A stretch of DNA of 64,000 bases. It comes from Octopus sinensis. Taxonomy: Eukaryota. The notes under the pieces are model-generated. The model saw only the letters and a list, made by a program, of their open reading frames with translations, was not told the DNA's origin and did not search any database. The stretch lies in contig NC_043021.1 of NCBI RefSeq assembly GCF_006345805.1, positions 28,086,001 through 28,150,000 of the forward strand, written 5' to 3'. Made by a program: the position numbers and the translations under genes. This document shows positions 63,715 to 64,000 of the stretch, piece after piece. Positions within the stretch are counted from its first letter, which is position 1. Each line of letters starts with the position of its first letter.

Positions 63715-64000
63715 AGGCAACGAGCTGCCAGTGTCGTTAGCAAACCGGGTCAAATATTTAGCGACATTTCGCCCGTCTTTACGGTCTGAGTTCAAATGCT
63801 GCCGGAATCGACTTTTGCCTTTCAGAATCGTTAAATTAAGTATCGGTTGAACGTTGAAGCCAATGTTCCCGACTTAATCTTTTCTTAATCTTGTGCCAAA
63901 ATTTGAAACCGATATAAGAACTAGTCATAAAATTTTGGAGGGGAAATTAGTCGATTACATCGAACCAAATGCTCGATTGGTATTTTTTGATGGACTCCGA
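63715..64000. mobile_element. family-A SINE (+, 63715-63915) and the start of another (-, 63925-64000)
   Basis: 'aaggcaacgagctgccagtgtcgttagc...ctgagttcaaatgctgccggaatcgacttttgcctttc'. Confidence 0.7.

Overview
AT-rich, microsatellite-saturated eukaryotic (metazoan) DNA made almost entirely of transposable-element remnants. No intact host protein-coding gene is supportable, and most ORFs in the track are translations of (TA)n/(CA)n/(AAT)n repeats. The SINE families and repeat landscape look like an Octopus (coleoid cephalopod) genome; this is recognition from memory, not a database result. Recognisable elements: three Penelope-like retroelement (PLE; RT + GIY-YIG) remnants, all with inverted/fold-back architecture; one near full-length and one 5'-truncated CR1/L2-group LINE; a D,D34D mariner; a Tc1-like fragment; a probable Chapaev3-like transposase relic; Helitron and HINE-like elements; and many tRNA-derived SINEs. 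The most striking signal is not in the ORF track. There are about 14 type I hammerhead ribozyme (HHR) motifs belonging to roughly 8 unrelated short repeat families. Several carry recurrent non-canonical cores (U4C, A9C, unpaired or mismatched 10.1/11.1). One sits in a tRNA-headed SINE-like element, one pair lies in opposite polarity inside an inverted duplication, and many are embedded in (TA)n tracts or associated with fold-back palindromes. Coordinates of degraded repeats are approximate.
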